A stretch of DNA of 64,000 nucleotides from Candidatus Dojkabacteria bacterium (lineage in GTDB: Bacteria > Patescibacteriota > Dojkabacteria > SC72): positions 360,340 to 424,339 of the forward strand of contig JAGPFQ010000001.1 of assembly GCA_018056375.1 (NCBI GenBank), given 5' to 3'. Under the pieces are notes generated by a model. That model made no database searches, was not told where the DNA came from, and saw only the letters and a list, made by a program, of their open reading frames with translations. Shown here in pieces: positions 26,906 to 36,506 of the stretch (positions within the stretch are counted from its first letter, which is position 1; each line of letters starts with the position of its first letter). Both the position numbers and the translations under genes were made by a program.

Positions 26906-27910
26906 ATGATTAAAAATAATATCCAAAACAAAATAATAATATATGAAGGAAAAGGTGGACAACCAAAACTTGATGTACAAATAGATGGAGAAACTGTGTG
27001 GCTGACAATAGAACAAATGTCTCAACTTTTTGACAGAGGAAAATCAACAATAAATGAACATATTATTAATATATACAAAGAGGGGGAATTAGAACAAGAT
27101 ATTTCTATGAAGAAAATCGGAAATTCCGATTTTTCTACAAAACCTACTAACTACTATAATTTAGATGTAATCATATCCGTAGGATATCGAGTAAAATCTG
27201 TAAATGGTACTCGTTTTCGACAATGGGCAACAAAAAGATTAAGAGAATATATAATCAAAGGATTTACAATAGATGATGATAGATTGAAGAATGCAGGAGG
27301 AGGACAATATTGGAAAGAGCTTTTAGACCGTATCAGAGATATCAGAAGTAGTGAAAAAGTGTTATACCGACAAGTATTAGACCTGTATGCAACAAGCATC
27401 GATTACAACCCAAGCAGTAAAGAAACACAACAGTTCTTTGCTATCGTACAAAACAAATTGCATTATGCTGCCAATGGTAAGACAGCAGCGGAAATAATAT
27501 CAGAGAGAGCAGATGCAAAAAAACCTTTCATGGGACTCATGACCTTCTCTGGTAGAGGAATTATAAAGTCAGATGTTGTCATAGCGAAAAACTATCTGAA
27601 GGCTGAAGAAATAAAGAAGTTAAATAATGTAGTATCTGCATATTTTGATATAGCAGAATTAAGAGCCTTAGATAGGATACCAACCAAAATGAAGGACCAT
27701 ATTGAACAGTTAGATAAGCTAATTCTTTCGATGGATCGCAAAGTTCTAAAGAATGCTGGGAAAATTAGTCATACAGAAGCAGAAGCAAAGGCTCTACGAG
27801 AATACAAAAAATATCGAGTTAAAAACCTATCCAATGTTGAACAAACATATCTATCTTCAATAAACACCTTAGAGAAGAAAGTTAAAAAGAGTACAAAGCA
27901 AGAAGTTTAA
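26906..27910 (+). CDS. RhuM-family protein (Virulence_RhuM domain)
   Basis: IYEGKGGQPKLDVQIDGETVWLTIEQMSQLF...YNLDVIISVGYRVKSVNGTRFRQWATKRLREYIIKGF closely follows the conserved RhuM-family N-terminal block. Confidence 0.8.
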   Translation: MIKNNIQNKIIIYEGKGGQPKLDVQIDGETVWLTIEQMSQLFDRGKSTINEHIINIYKEGELEQDISMKKIGNSDFSTKPTNYYNLDVIISVGYRVKSVNGTRFRQWATKRLREYIIKGFTIDDDRLKNAGGGQYWKELLDRIRDIRSSEKVLYRQVLDLYATSIDYNPSSKETQQFFAIVQNKLHYAANGKTAAEIISERADAKKPFMGLMTFSGRGIIKSDVVIAKNYLKAEEIKKLNNVVSAYFDIAELRALDRIPTKMKDHIEQLDKLILSMDRKVLKNAGKISHTEAEAKALREYKKYRVKNLSNVEQTYLSSINTLEKKVKKSTKQEV

Positions 27911-27943
27911 GACTGGAGATCTCCAAGAAGAAGAAACACGATA

Positions 27944-28867
27944 TTACCCGTTTTTTTCTGAATAGCCATCTTTCTCCTGTCTGATTTCTTCTACATATTC
28001 AATTAACATCTCATATGATGTTGGTTGTTCCTCAAACTTAGTATTAATGAGTTGATTTGAAGGTGAAATAACTGGCCTAGGTGGAAGGTCTTTCTTCTCT
28101 ACTGGAATCACTGGCTTCTTTATCCCTTGAGCTTTAAGTATCTCTAATGCAAACTCATATCTAGAAAGTACATCTGAACTACACACATGATACACACCTG
28201 GCTCTATCTTAGATTCAACAGCTTCTTCAATTCTTCTTGTTAGATATCCAACATATGTAGGACAACCCTTTTCATCAGTAACAATTGTTAGGGGTTTCTC
28301 TTCAGTTGCTTCTGTATCAGTTACAAATTTAATGAAGTTTTTTGCACCTGGCCCATACAACCATGAAGTTCTAAATATGTAATATGTACCACCAACATTC
28401 TCAATATTTTCTTCTCCTCTTCTCTTACTTTTTGCATATTCATTTAGAGGATTAAACTCTTTACTTTCTTCATCATATTCTCCATCTCCAAATACTTCAT
28501 TGGTAGAAATATGTATGAATGGAATATTTAAATCTTTAGCAACTTCTGCCGTATATTTAGGAGCATCAGCATTTACAGCATTGGCTACTTCGGGTTCTGA
28601 TTCTGCTTGATTAACATTGGTATATGCTGCACAATTGATGACATAGTCAGGGTTTTGTTCGTGAACAAAATCTTTTAATTCTTTTTCATTGGTTATATCT
28701 TTACCATAGATACCTTTCTCTGCATCATCAAACATATCACTCTTAATTACCACATATCCTTTCTTTTTAAAATAGTTTGATAGATATGAACCTAACATTC
28801 CATTTGCACCAAATACTAGTATTTTCTTACCCATTGCTATATTAATTAAACTTAAATATGTCTTCAT
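27944..28867 (-). CDS. rfbD: dTDP-4-dehydrorhamnose reductase
   Basis: GKKILVFGANGMLGSYL...VINCAAYTNV...FIHISTNEVFGDG...YAKSK...IFRTSWLYG. The start may be Met at 28834. Confidence 0.75.
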   Translation of the reverse strand: MKTYLSLINIAMGKKILVFGANGMLGSYLSNYFKKKGYVVIKSDMFDDAEKGIYGKDITNEKELKDFVHEQNPDYVINCAAYTNVNQAESEPEVANAVNADAPKYTAEVAKDLNIPFIHISTNEVFGDGEYDEESKEFNPLNEYAKSKRRGEENIENVGGTYYIFRTSWLYGPGAKNFIKFVTDTEATEEKPLTIVTDEKGCPTYVGYLTRRIEEAVESKIEPGVYHVCSSDVLSRYEFALEILKAQGIKKPVIPVEKKDLPPRPVISPSNQLINTKFEEQPTSYEMLIEYVEEIRQEKDGYSEKNG

Positions 28868-29402
28868 CGCTTAAGTCTTTAAGTAATGGAGCCTCAGCAT
28901 CCTTGTCAGAGAGAATTGGTGTATCTATACCCCATGGGATATTTACATCTGGGTCATCCCATCTGAATGATCTTTCACTCTCTTTATCATATTTACCACT
29001 TACTTTGTATTCAAAATCAACATTATCTGTTAATGCTAAAAATCCATGAGCAAAACCTTTAGGTATGAAGAATCCTGTATGATTATCTTCTGTTAATTCA
29101 ACCATATGGAATTGTCCAAATGTAGGAGATCCTTTTCGAATATCTACAGCAACATCAATTGCTTTACCTCTAATCACTCTTACAAACTTATCCTGTGCAT
29201 TTGGTCCTATCTGCCAATGCATACCTCTTAAAACACCTTTCTTAGAGTTTGAATGATTATCTTTTACCCAATTTGTAGGCAAGCCTGCCTCTCTAAACTT
29301 ATCTTCATCATATGTTTCTTCAAAGTATCCTCTATCATCATGAAAAGCTTTGAGAGTTACTACTACCAATTCCGGTAGATGTTCTACTTTTTCAAATTCC
29401 AT
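28842..29402 (-). CDS. rfbC: dTDP-4-dehydrorhamnose 3,5-epimerase
   Basis: Cupin fold with FHDDRGYFEETY and conserved RGMHWQ, VDIRKGSPTFGQ. Confidence 0.85.
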   Translation of the reverse strand: MEFEKVEHLPELVVVTLKAFHDDRGYFEETYDEDKFREAGLPTNWVKDNHSNSKKGVLRGMHWQIGPNAQDKFVRVIRGKAIDVAVDIRKGSPTFGQFHMVELTEDNHTGFFIPKGFAHGFLALTDNVDFEYKVSGKYDKESERSFRWDDPDVNIPWGIDTPILSDKDAEAPLLKDLSDEDIFKFN

Positions 29403-29420
29403 ATGTTTAATATTTAAATA

Positions 29421-30509
29421 TTATTTAGCCAGCACCACTTTAGAATCATCTCCGATAAGTAGAGTATCTGCCTTAGGAAGTGATTCCTTTGTAGTTACCT
29501 CTGCATTCCAACCAATCAAAGAACTGTCTAATCTCTCATGAAGGTTATGTACATTACAATTCCCCATCAATATACTATTCTCTATTTCAGCATCTTTAAC
29601 TACACTACCTTCTCCAATAGATGTGAATGGTCCAATATATGCATTCTCAACAGTAACATTGTCTGCAATAGATATTGGTCCTCTTAAGATTGAGTTTTTA
29701 ACAATAGAACCCTTCCCTATCTCAACATTCCCTTCTATCTTACTATCCTTTACTTTACCCTTACACTCATCTAAACACTCTCTTTCAAGGATTAATCTGT
29801 TTGCTAAGATAAGGTCCTCTGGTGCTCCTGTATCCTTCCACCATCCTGTTACTTCTGATGCTGTGAAGGTATATCCATTTTCAATCAACCAGTTGTTAAT
29901 TACTGGAGGATAGTATTCTGGTTTACCTGTTCCCTTTGGATCTATTGGTTTTGCATAATCAAAAGCTTTAAATACAGCAGGTGTAAAGAAGTAGATGGCT
30001 GAGAGGACTAAATCACTTACAAACTCCTGTGGTTTCTCTACTGTATTTACAATCTTATCCCCTTTCATTACTGCAACACCAAAGTTTTGATAGTCTGGTC
30101 TTCTTACAACTAACACATGAGCATCTGATTTCTTCTTTTTAAAATCATCATAATGTTTTTGAAGACCACCTGTTAAGATATTATCACCAGCAGAGAAGAG
30201 GAATTCATCATCCCCTATTAACTTCTCAGCTAGTTTAATTGGATACATCATTCCATTTGGCTCTGGTTGTTCTATGTAGTGGAGCTTTACTCCCTTACCA
30301 AATCTTTTACCATCACCAAGTAGTTCTGGCATCTCCTTGTCCCCTTTATTGATGTTAATAATAACATCCTTAATTCCTAAATCTACTGCATCATTAATTA
30401 TTCTCTCTATCATTGGTCTGTTACCAATTGGTAACATATGTTTGTTTTTAGTATGTGTAAGAGGTCTTAGTCTTGTACCTCTACCACCTGCTAATATGAG
30501 TGCTTTCAT
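29421..30509 (-). CDS. rfbA: Glucose-1-phosphate thymidylyltransferase, long form (~360 aa with C-terminal left-handed beta-helix)
   Basis: MKALILAGGRGTRLRPLTHTKNKHMLPIGNRPMI; C-terminal hexapeptide-repeat region. Confidence 0.8.
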   Translation of the reverse strand: MKALILAGGRGTRLRPLTHTKNKHMLPIGNRPMIERIINDAVDLGIKDVIININKGDKEMPELLGDGKRFGKGVKLHYIEQPEPNGMMYPIKLAEKLIGDDEFLFSAGDNILTGGLQKHYDDFKKKKSDAHVLVVRRPDYQNFGVAVMKGDKIVNTVEKPQEFVSDLVLSAIYFFTPAVFKAFDYAKPIDPKGTGKPEYYPPVINNWLIENGYTFTASEVTGWWKDTGAPEDLILANRLILERECLDECKGKVKDSKIEGNVEIGKGSIVKNSILRGPISIADNVTVENAYIGPFTSIGEGSVVKDAEIENSILMGNCNVHNLHERLDSSLIGWNAEVTTKESLPKADTLLIGDDSKVVLAK

Positions 30510-30527
30510 ATATATGTGAATACTAAA

Positions 30528-31544
30528 TTAATCTAATCTTTTTTCTAAATATCTTTCTGCTTGTTTATCTGCTACTGGTTTTAGTGGCTCCCACCAATCC
30601 TTGTTATCCACATACCACTGTACTGTATCCTTTAACCACTCTTCTACACTCTTCTCTGGTTTGTAACCTAATTCTTTCTCAGATTTGGAGTTATCAATTG
30701 CATACCTTACATCATGACCTTTTCTGTCTCCTACATGAACCATGAGGGATTCTGGTTTGTTTAGATATTCCAATACTGTTTTTACAATCCATATGTTCTC
30801 TCTTTCACCATCACCACCAAAGAGATATGTTTCTCCTAACTTTCCATCCTTTATTGACAACTCAATACCTCGTACATGGTCTAATACATGTACCCAGTCT
30901 CTAATCTGTTTACCATCTCCATATACTGGTATCTCTTGATCTAACATTGCTCTAGTTACAATCAATGGTATTAATTTCTCTGGGTATTGATTTGGTCCAT
31001 AGTTGTTTGAGGTATTAGAGATTGTGATTGGTAATTTAAAGGTATGGAAGTATGCTCTGACTAAGTGATCTGATGCTGCTTTAGATGCAGAGTATGGACT
31101 TCTAGGTGCATATGGCATATCTTCTGTAAATTTTAATTCTGGTTTATCTATTGGTAATTCTCCAAATACTTCATCTGTTGATACATGATGGAATCTAATA
31201 CCACGATTTTGGAATGCTGCTTCTAGAAGGTTCTGTGTACCCATTACATTTGTTTTAATGAATACTTCTGGTCCTTCTATACTTCTATCTACATGTGATT
31301 CTGCAGCGAAGTGTACAATGAGATCGATACCTTTGGTTAGATCCATTACTAAGTCTTTGTCACATATGTCTCCTTTTACGAATTCATAATTTGGATTATT
31401 CTCTACCTCCTTTAGATTTTCTAGATTACCTGCATATGTTAGTAAATCTAGGTTTACTATTTTATCTTCTGGATATTTGTTCATCCAGTATTTTATGAAG
31501 TTTGAGCCTATGAAGCCGGCTCCACCTGTTACTAGGATTTTCAT
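30528..31544 (-). CDS. rfbB: dTDP-glucose 4,6-dehydratase
   Basis: MKILVTGGAGFIGSNF...; YxxxK region YSASKAASDHLVRAY; 338 aa. Confidence 0.9.
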   Translation of the reverse strand: MKILVTGGAGFIGSNFIKYWMNKYPEDKIVNLDLLTYAGNLENLKEVENNPNYEFVKGDICDKDLVMDLTKGIDLIVHFAAESHVDRSIEGPEVFIKTNVMGTQNLLEAAFQNRGIRFHHVSTDEVFGELPIDKPELKFTEDMPYAPRSPYSASKAASDHLVRAYFHTFKLPITISNTSNNYGPNQYPEKLIPLIVTRAMLDQEIPVYGDGKQIRDWVHVLDHVRGIELSIKDGKLGETYLFGGDGERENIWIVKTVLEYLNKPESLMVHVGDRKGHDVRYAIDNSKSEKELGYKPEKSVEEWLKDTVQWYVDNKDWWEPLKPVADKQAERYLEKRLD

Positions 31545-31657
31545 ATTATTTAATAATTATTAAATTTAGATATCCTAACGATTATAGGGTACAAGATTTA
31601 AAGGGAGATGGAAAGGGGTGGGGAATACCCATTCAAAAAATTTTTCAATCTAAAATC

Positions 31658-34564
31658 TTATTTAAAGTTTAATATCCCCATATCACTATGACCATAGTCA
31701 TACATGGTTGCAACCTCTTCAATTCCATTACCATTATAATCACCAGAAGTCACAAATCTTGTATTGGGTACAGACCATAAATATCTACCACTCCTGAACC
31801 AACTAGAGAGATTAAAGATGTTAGAATTAGACTTAAATACCAACATACCCATATCGCTATTACCATAATCATATACAGCTCCTATCTCTGCTTTTCCATC
31901 TCCATCATAATCCCCAGAGGTTACAAACCTTGTATTGGGTACAGACCATAAGTATCTACCACTCCTAAACCAAGTGGAAAGATTAAAGGTATTTAGATTA
32001 GATTGAAAGACTAATATCCCCATATCACTATGGCCATAATCATAAACGGCTCCTATCTCTGCTTTTCCATCTCCATTATAATCTCCAGAAGTTACAAATC
32101 TTGTACTGGGTACAGACCATAAATACCTACCACTCCTGAACCAACTAGAAAGATTAAAGGTGTTTAAATTAGATTTAAACACTAATATTCCCATATCGCT
32201 GTTACCATAATCATAAACAGCTGCTATCTCCGCATTCCCATCTCCATCATAGTCTCCAGAAGTCACAAACCTAGTATTTGGTACGGACCATAAATTCTTA
32301 CCACTCCTAAACCAAGTGAAGAGATCAAAGGAATAGGCATCAGACATAGACTTAAACACTAATATTCCCATATCGCTATTACCATAATCATATATTGCAG
32401 CTATCTCTGCTTTTCCATCTCCATCATAATCTCCAGAGGTCACAAACCTTGTCCTAGGAACCGACCACATATTTCGACCACTGCGAAACCATATAGAAAG
32501 ATCAAAGCTAGTCCCATTAGGTTTGAATACTAATACCCCCATATCATTATTTCCATAATCATATATTGCAGCTATTTCTGTTTTTCCATCTCCATCATAA
32601 TCTCCAGAGGTCAGGAACTTAGTGTTGGGAACAGACCATAAATATCTACCACTACGATACATCGAAGAAACTTCAAAGTAGTTTAAAATCTCTACAGTGT
32701 ATAATTCCTGAGCACCTCCAGATTTAGTAAATGTATATGTTGTGTTTTCAAAGAAGTTGTTGGAATCACCAGATGCTGGAGATATGGAGCCACCTGTTAA
32801 AGTAATCGTTGGTGCTAAATTTGTCTTAGGAATATCAGCAGGCATAGAACACTTTATTGTCTTTGTTCTTTCGCTCACAATACATGGGAATTCTATCCCT
32901 TCATAAGTAATCTTAAAAGATTCTATTATATCTCCCTGTACAGAAACTAAAGCATTGTATGCATTAACTCTTCTACCCGTAACAGTTTTTCCTGATAAAC
33001 TTGGTGCTAAATCTCCTGTGGTTAATATGGCATTCTTAGCCTCAGCAATAGTAAGGGTTGGTCTGTAAGAAAGTAGTAATGCTACAACCCCAGAGACATG
33101 TGGAGCGGCCATTGATGTCCCTTCCATATGAGCATAAGTCTGTTCCTTCTTATACAACCTAAGATTTGTAACTCCACACCCCCAATAATCATTGTCATAT
33201 CCATCTGTTTGCCAAGATAGAGCAAATTTAAACCTGTCAGTCAACATTGTAGAAGACAAATCAAACACTGCATCAGGAAGATATACTGAATGTGAATATA
33301 TTGGTACTCTAAAAGAACGAGGATTCTCATCTAAAACCCGCTCATCCCACCAAGCACCACCATGCCAAGTAAAGCCATTATCCCCACTAAAAGTAATACT
33401 CATCCTATCTGGTCCTAAAGTTGAAATTGGTGTGTCACACAACCAATCCATTTTTATTCTACCAGCATTACTACCAGATAAATTATAAGTTGGAGAAATT
33501 AAGTGAGTAAAAGAATTTGCCCCATAAGGTTTTCGTACATCACCATAGAGGAAATACATATATGGATTGTTATCTTCATCTGTGATAAATCTACTCCCCC
33601 AATAATTGAAATCCCCCAATCTTGCCCATCCTACAGGAATCCCCATATTAGGCACTTCCGCGAAATCCTCCTCTATAAGAGTCTTGTATGTTACAGTACT
33701 TAAAATATTCTGTCCAGGAGCTCCAACATCAACAGATACAACACCATAGTCAGAAAAGTCAACTAAATTATCATGTTGATTAGTAGCAGCTACACATATT
33801 ATATTATCTAAAGTATAGTCACAAGGATAGCTATGGTTTGTTGTTCCATCATCGTGATTCTTTGCACTATTACCAGCTGCAGCAATAAATAAACCAGAAA
33901 AATCATTTATAGCCTGTTTAAGAAACATATCTTCTTCTGAACCACCCCAGCTAGCATTTATAATATGAGCACCATTTTCTTCAGCAAAGTAAATCGCTAT
34001 AACTGAAGCAAAAGTATTGTAGTTTGTCTTCAAGGCCATAATTTTTGCATCTGGTGCAACACCTACAAGCCCTTTACGATTGTTTTCAGTTGCTGCTATC
34101 GTACCAGCAATATGAGTACCATGTGTATCCTCATAATCATTAGGATAAGGATTTTTGTCATTGGATTCATAATCATATCCGTGCAAACAGTCACCTAAGA
34201 AATCACCATCATGATTAACACAATTCGAACCATCCCACATACTGTTAATCAAATCTGGATGATTATATGCAACACCATCATCAATAACAGCAACAATAAC
34301 ACCCTCCCCTCCACTTCTAAGCCAAGCTTCTGGAGCATCGATATCTTTGTCAACTGTACCATACACCCCATTAACTCGCTGCCCAGTATTGTGCAAGCCC
34401 CACAACTCATTTCGATAAGGGTCATTTGTAGATATTGTATTTGGATAATAAATGAAGTTAGGTTGTACATATTCAACAGTTGGATTCTTACTTAATTCTG
34501 CCATTTTTTCATTAACAGATTTTCCATCAGTAATACTCACTAAAGAAGCATTTGCTTTTAACAT
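31658..34564 (-). CDS. Subtilisin-like (S8) serine peptidase with six C-terminal FG-GAP/integrin-alpha-like calcium-binding repeats; N-terminal signal/propeptide is separated by a frameshift (see 34639-34980)
   Basis: Catalytic triad contexts VIDDGVAYNHPDL (D), HGTHIAGTIAA (H), GTSMAAPHVSGVVALL (S); 6x ~50-aa repeats FRSGRYLWSVPNTRFVTSGDYDGDGKAEIAAVYDYGNSDMGILVFKS. Confidence 0.85.
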   Translation of the reverse strand: MLKANASLVSITDGKSVNEKMAELSKNPTVEYVQPNFIYYPNTISTNDPYRNELWGLHNTGQRVNGVYGTVDKDIDAPEAWLRSGGEGVIVAVIDDGVAYNHPDLINSMWDGSNCVNHDGDFLGDCLHGYDYESNDKNPYPNDYEDTHGTHIAGTIAATENNRKGLVGVAPDAKIMALKTNYNTFASVIAIYFAEENGAHIINASWGGSEEDMFLKQAINDFSGLFIAAAGNSAKNHDDGTTNHSYPCDYTLDNIICVAATNQHDNLVDFSDYGVVSVDVGAPGQNILSTVTYKTLIEEDFAEVPNMGIPVGWARLGDFNYWGSRFITDEDNNPYMYFLYGDVRKPYGANSFTHLISPTYNLSGSNAGRIKMDWLCDTPISTLGPDRMSITFSGDNGFTWHGGAWWDERVLDENPRSFRVPIYSHSVYLPDAVFDLSSTMLTDRFKFALSWQTDGYDNDYWGCGVTNLRLYKKEQTYAHMEGTSMAAPHVSGVVALLLSYRPTLTIAEAKNAILTTGDLAPSLSGKTVTGRRVNAYNALVSVQGDIIESFKITYEGIEFPCIVSERTKTIKCSMPADIPKTNLAPTITLTGGSISPASGDSNNFFENTTYTFTKSGGAQELYTVEILNYFEVSSMYRSGRYLWSVPNTKFLTSGDYDGDGKTEIAAIYDYGNNDMGVLVFKPNGTSFDLSIWFRSGRNMWSVPRTRFVTSGDYDGDGKAEIAAIYDYGNSDMGILVFKSMSDAYSFDLFTWFRSGKNLWSVPNTRFVTSGDYDGDGNAEIAAVYDYGNSDMGILVFKSNLNTFNLSSWFRSGRYLWSVPSTRFVTSGDYNGDGKAEIGAVYDYGHSDMGILVFQSNLNTFNLSTWFRSGRYLWSVPNTRFVTSGDYDGDGKAEIGAVYDYGNSDMGMLVFKSNSNIFNLSSWFRSGRYLWSVPNTRFVTSGDYNGNGIEEVATMYDYGHSDMGILNFK
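31661..32580. repeat. Six tandem ~150-bp coding repeats (period ~144-150 nt) at the 3' end of the S8 peptidase gene
   Basis: Repeated DNA blocks (...ccatatcgctattaccataatcatatac...ggtacagaccataaatatctaccactcctgaaccaa...) visible directly in the sequence. Confidence 0.8.
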
Positions 34565-34638
34565 ACTATTCTTTTTTTGTAAACCTTTCCCTTTTAAAAA
34601 TATTTCCTCCTTCTTCCCTAAAGTTTTGGAATTTAGTT

Positions 34639-34980
34639 CTATATGTAAGAAGACTTATATTTTATTATTAACTCTCCCTCCACAAACAAAGGCTTTGTAT
34701 AGATTTCATTAAAATGCTCAGAATCTTTAATCTTCGTAGAAGAAACATAACCAAAGATGTCCTTGCTCAATAACAATTTGTTATCGATGTCTGGATTCTG
34801 CTGAGAAACTTTTAGTTCTTTAAGTACACTACTAGTATTCACATCAACTGGAAACTCTTGATTAATAGGTGTTGATATTGCACAGACATTAACAGGCAAA
34901 GATAATTTGAAGAGGAAAAGGGATAGGAACAAAATTAAAAAGAGCACAAACAAAAGTTTAGAACAAAATAAATTTTTCAT
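34639..34980 (-). pseudogene. Signal peptide + N-terminal part of a peptidase-inhibitor-I9-like propeptide, frame-shifted relative to the S8 peptidase ORF (disrupted 5' part of the same gene)
   Basis: MKNLFCSKLLFVLFLILFLSLFLF signal; ...GELIIKYKSSYI stop. The -1-shifted frame continues as ...HIELNSKTLGKKEEIFLKGKGLQKKNSMLKANASLVSITDG... into the peptidase ORF. A single-nucleotide indel between 34642 and 34654 would fuse the two. Confidence 0.6.
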
Positions 34981-35154
34981 CCTAATGCTTCTTAAATAAT
35001 TAAACTTAATAAAAGAGCTACCCTACACTATTTTGATATATTAACATTGACTATTTCATTTTTCAACTTTATGTTTTTCTCCAAATCTAAGAAGTAGAAG
35101 GTTGTTTTTTAGGTTTTTCAAAAGAGGAGGCTTTGAAGAGAAAAGAGCCATGTC

Positions 35155-35883
35155 CTACCCAATCCAATTACGTATTTCTTTTAACTTCTCATACTCAGGC
35201 ATCTTGTTCTTCCACTTTTTAGGATTCTTAGATGCAACTGAGATTATATATGTAATCTCATATGGTTCTCTTCTATAGTTTTCATAAATAATACTCATAC
35301 CATTCTCTTCAGCGAGTCTTTCTAAAGCAGATGGTGTATATCTCCAATAATCTCTAAAACCCTCCATTTCATGCTGTTGCTGGATAAATGGAACAACAGT
35401 TATCACAATATCTCTACTCATCTTTGCAAGATTTTTGTAAGCCTTTCTAGCATCAAAAATATGTTCTAAAACTGTATGATTAAAAACAACATCAAACCTA
35501 TTAACCAACTCCTTTTTTAAATCTTCTTCCAAATCTAACTCTATTTCGTTCTTTCTATCAGGTAAATGTTGACTGTAATTAGTTATCGTATAAGATGTTG
35601 CTTTAGGAAAATAATCTTTATAATAACCACCATCCTTATCTTTATCCTCCCACCCAGAGACATTAACAACATCACCTTCAAACAAACCTGAAAACTTTTT
35701 TAGTTCTACATTAGACCATGTACGAACTGGATCCGCATTTGGTTCGTATTCATAAGAATGGTTTTCTTCTACATTGTTTTTCTTTAGTATTTTTGACTTC
35801 ATACTTCGTAAAAAGTCCGAAACTTTAATTGCTAACTTAACTGATCTACGATTTAATAACTCCATTGCTTTAGAATATTTCAT
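35155..35883 (-). CDS. Putative class I SAM-dependent methyltransferase
   Basis: FDVVFNHTVLEHIFD resembles the Methyltransf_11 post-II/III region; no clean GxGxG seen. Confidence 0.45.
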   Translation of the reverse strand: MKYSKAMELLNRRSVKLAIKVSDFLRSMKSKILKKNNVEENHSYEYEPNADPVRTWSNVELKKFSGLFEGDVVNVSGWEDKDKDGGYYKDYFPKATSYTITNYSQHLPDRKNEIELDLEEDLKKELVNRFDVVFNHTVLEHIFDARKAYKNLAKMSRDIVITVVPFIQQQHEMEGFRDYWRYTPSALERLAEENGMSIIYENYRREPYEITYIISVASKNPKKWKNKMPEYEKLKEIRNWIG

Positions 35884-36506
35884 TTTGTGTTATGAGGGTG
35901 AAATAAAAAATAAGGATTAATTACTCCATCCATATTATAGATGTTAATATCTATTGTCTTAAAGTCTAATTCTGGGAATTTGGATAGTGCAAAGGGAAAT
36001 GTTAATTGATCTCTGTAGCTATATGTGCATATTAGTTCCCACCATAATCTTCCGAACTCTTTAGCTTTTGTATTTCTGTATATGATGCCACATGCATATA
36101 CTGGAGTTGTATCTACACTCAAACCTCCTGATTTATATAACTGTTCAATATTCTTTATCTGTTTATCATTTACATATCCAGCATCCTTACAAGCATTTAT
36201 CTCATCTCTAATTGTTTTGTTAAAAGGATGTTTAAACACACATAAATCCCCACTAAAAAGTTTTTCAAAACCTTCTCTATCAAGAATCTCTAAATTAGAA
36301 TCTATCCATATATCATAGTTTAGAGGATTGAGTACCTTATATAACTTTGCCATGAGTCTAGGAGATAGATGTTCTGCACAACCATCAAAGATATTATTCT
36401 TTTCATTAAAAATTTTATCTGCATCTTTTTGTTGATTATCATAATCTCCAAAGTTTGCAGTATATAGAAGTTTTTTGCTTTTTAACAGGTCTTTAAGTAT
36501 ACTCAT
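35880..36506 (-). CDS. Hypothetical protein, possibly a DUF616/TOD1-like glycosyltransferase
   Basis: N-terminal LLYTANFGDYDN pattern reminiscent of the IFGxYD block of the DUF616 family; weak. Confidence 0.35.
   Translation of the reverse strand: MSILKDLLKSKKLLYTANFGDYDNQQKDADKIFNEKNNIFDGCAEHLSPRLMAKLYKVLNPLNYDIWIDSNLEILDREGFEKLFSGDLCVFKHPFNKTIRDEINACKDAGYVNDKQIKNIEQLYKSGGLSVDTTPVYACGIIYRNTKAKEFGRLWWELICTYSYRDQLTFPFALSKFPELDFKTIDINIYNMDGVINPYFLFHPHNTK

Noticed and set aside
33192-34495. Small ORFs on both strands inside the S8 peptidase gene
   Set aside because: They are internal to a confidently assigned catalytic domain (D/H/S triad motifs present).
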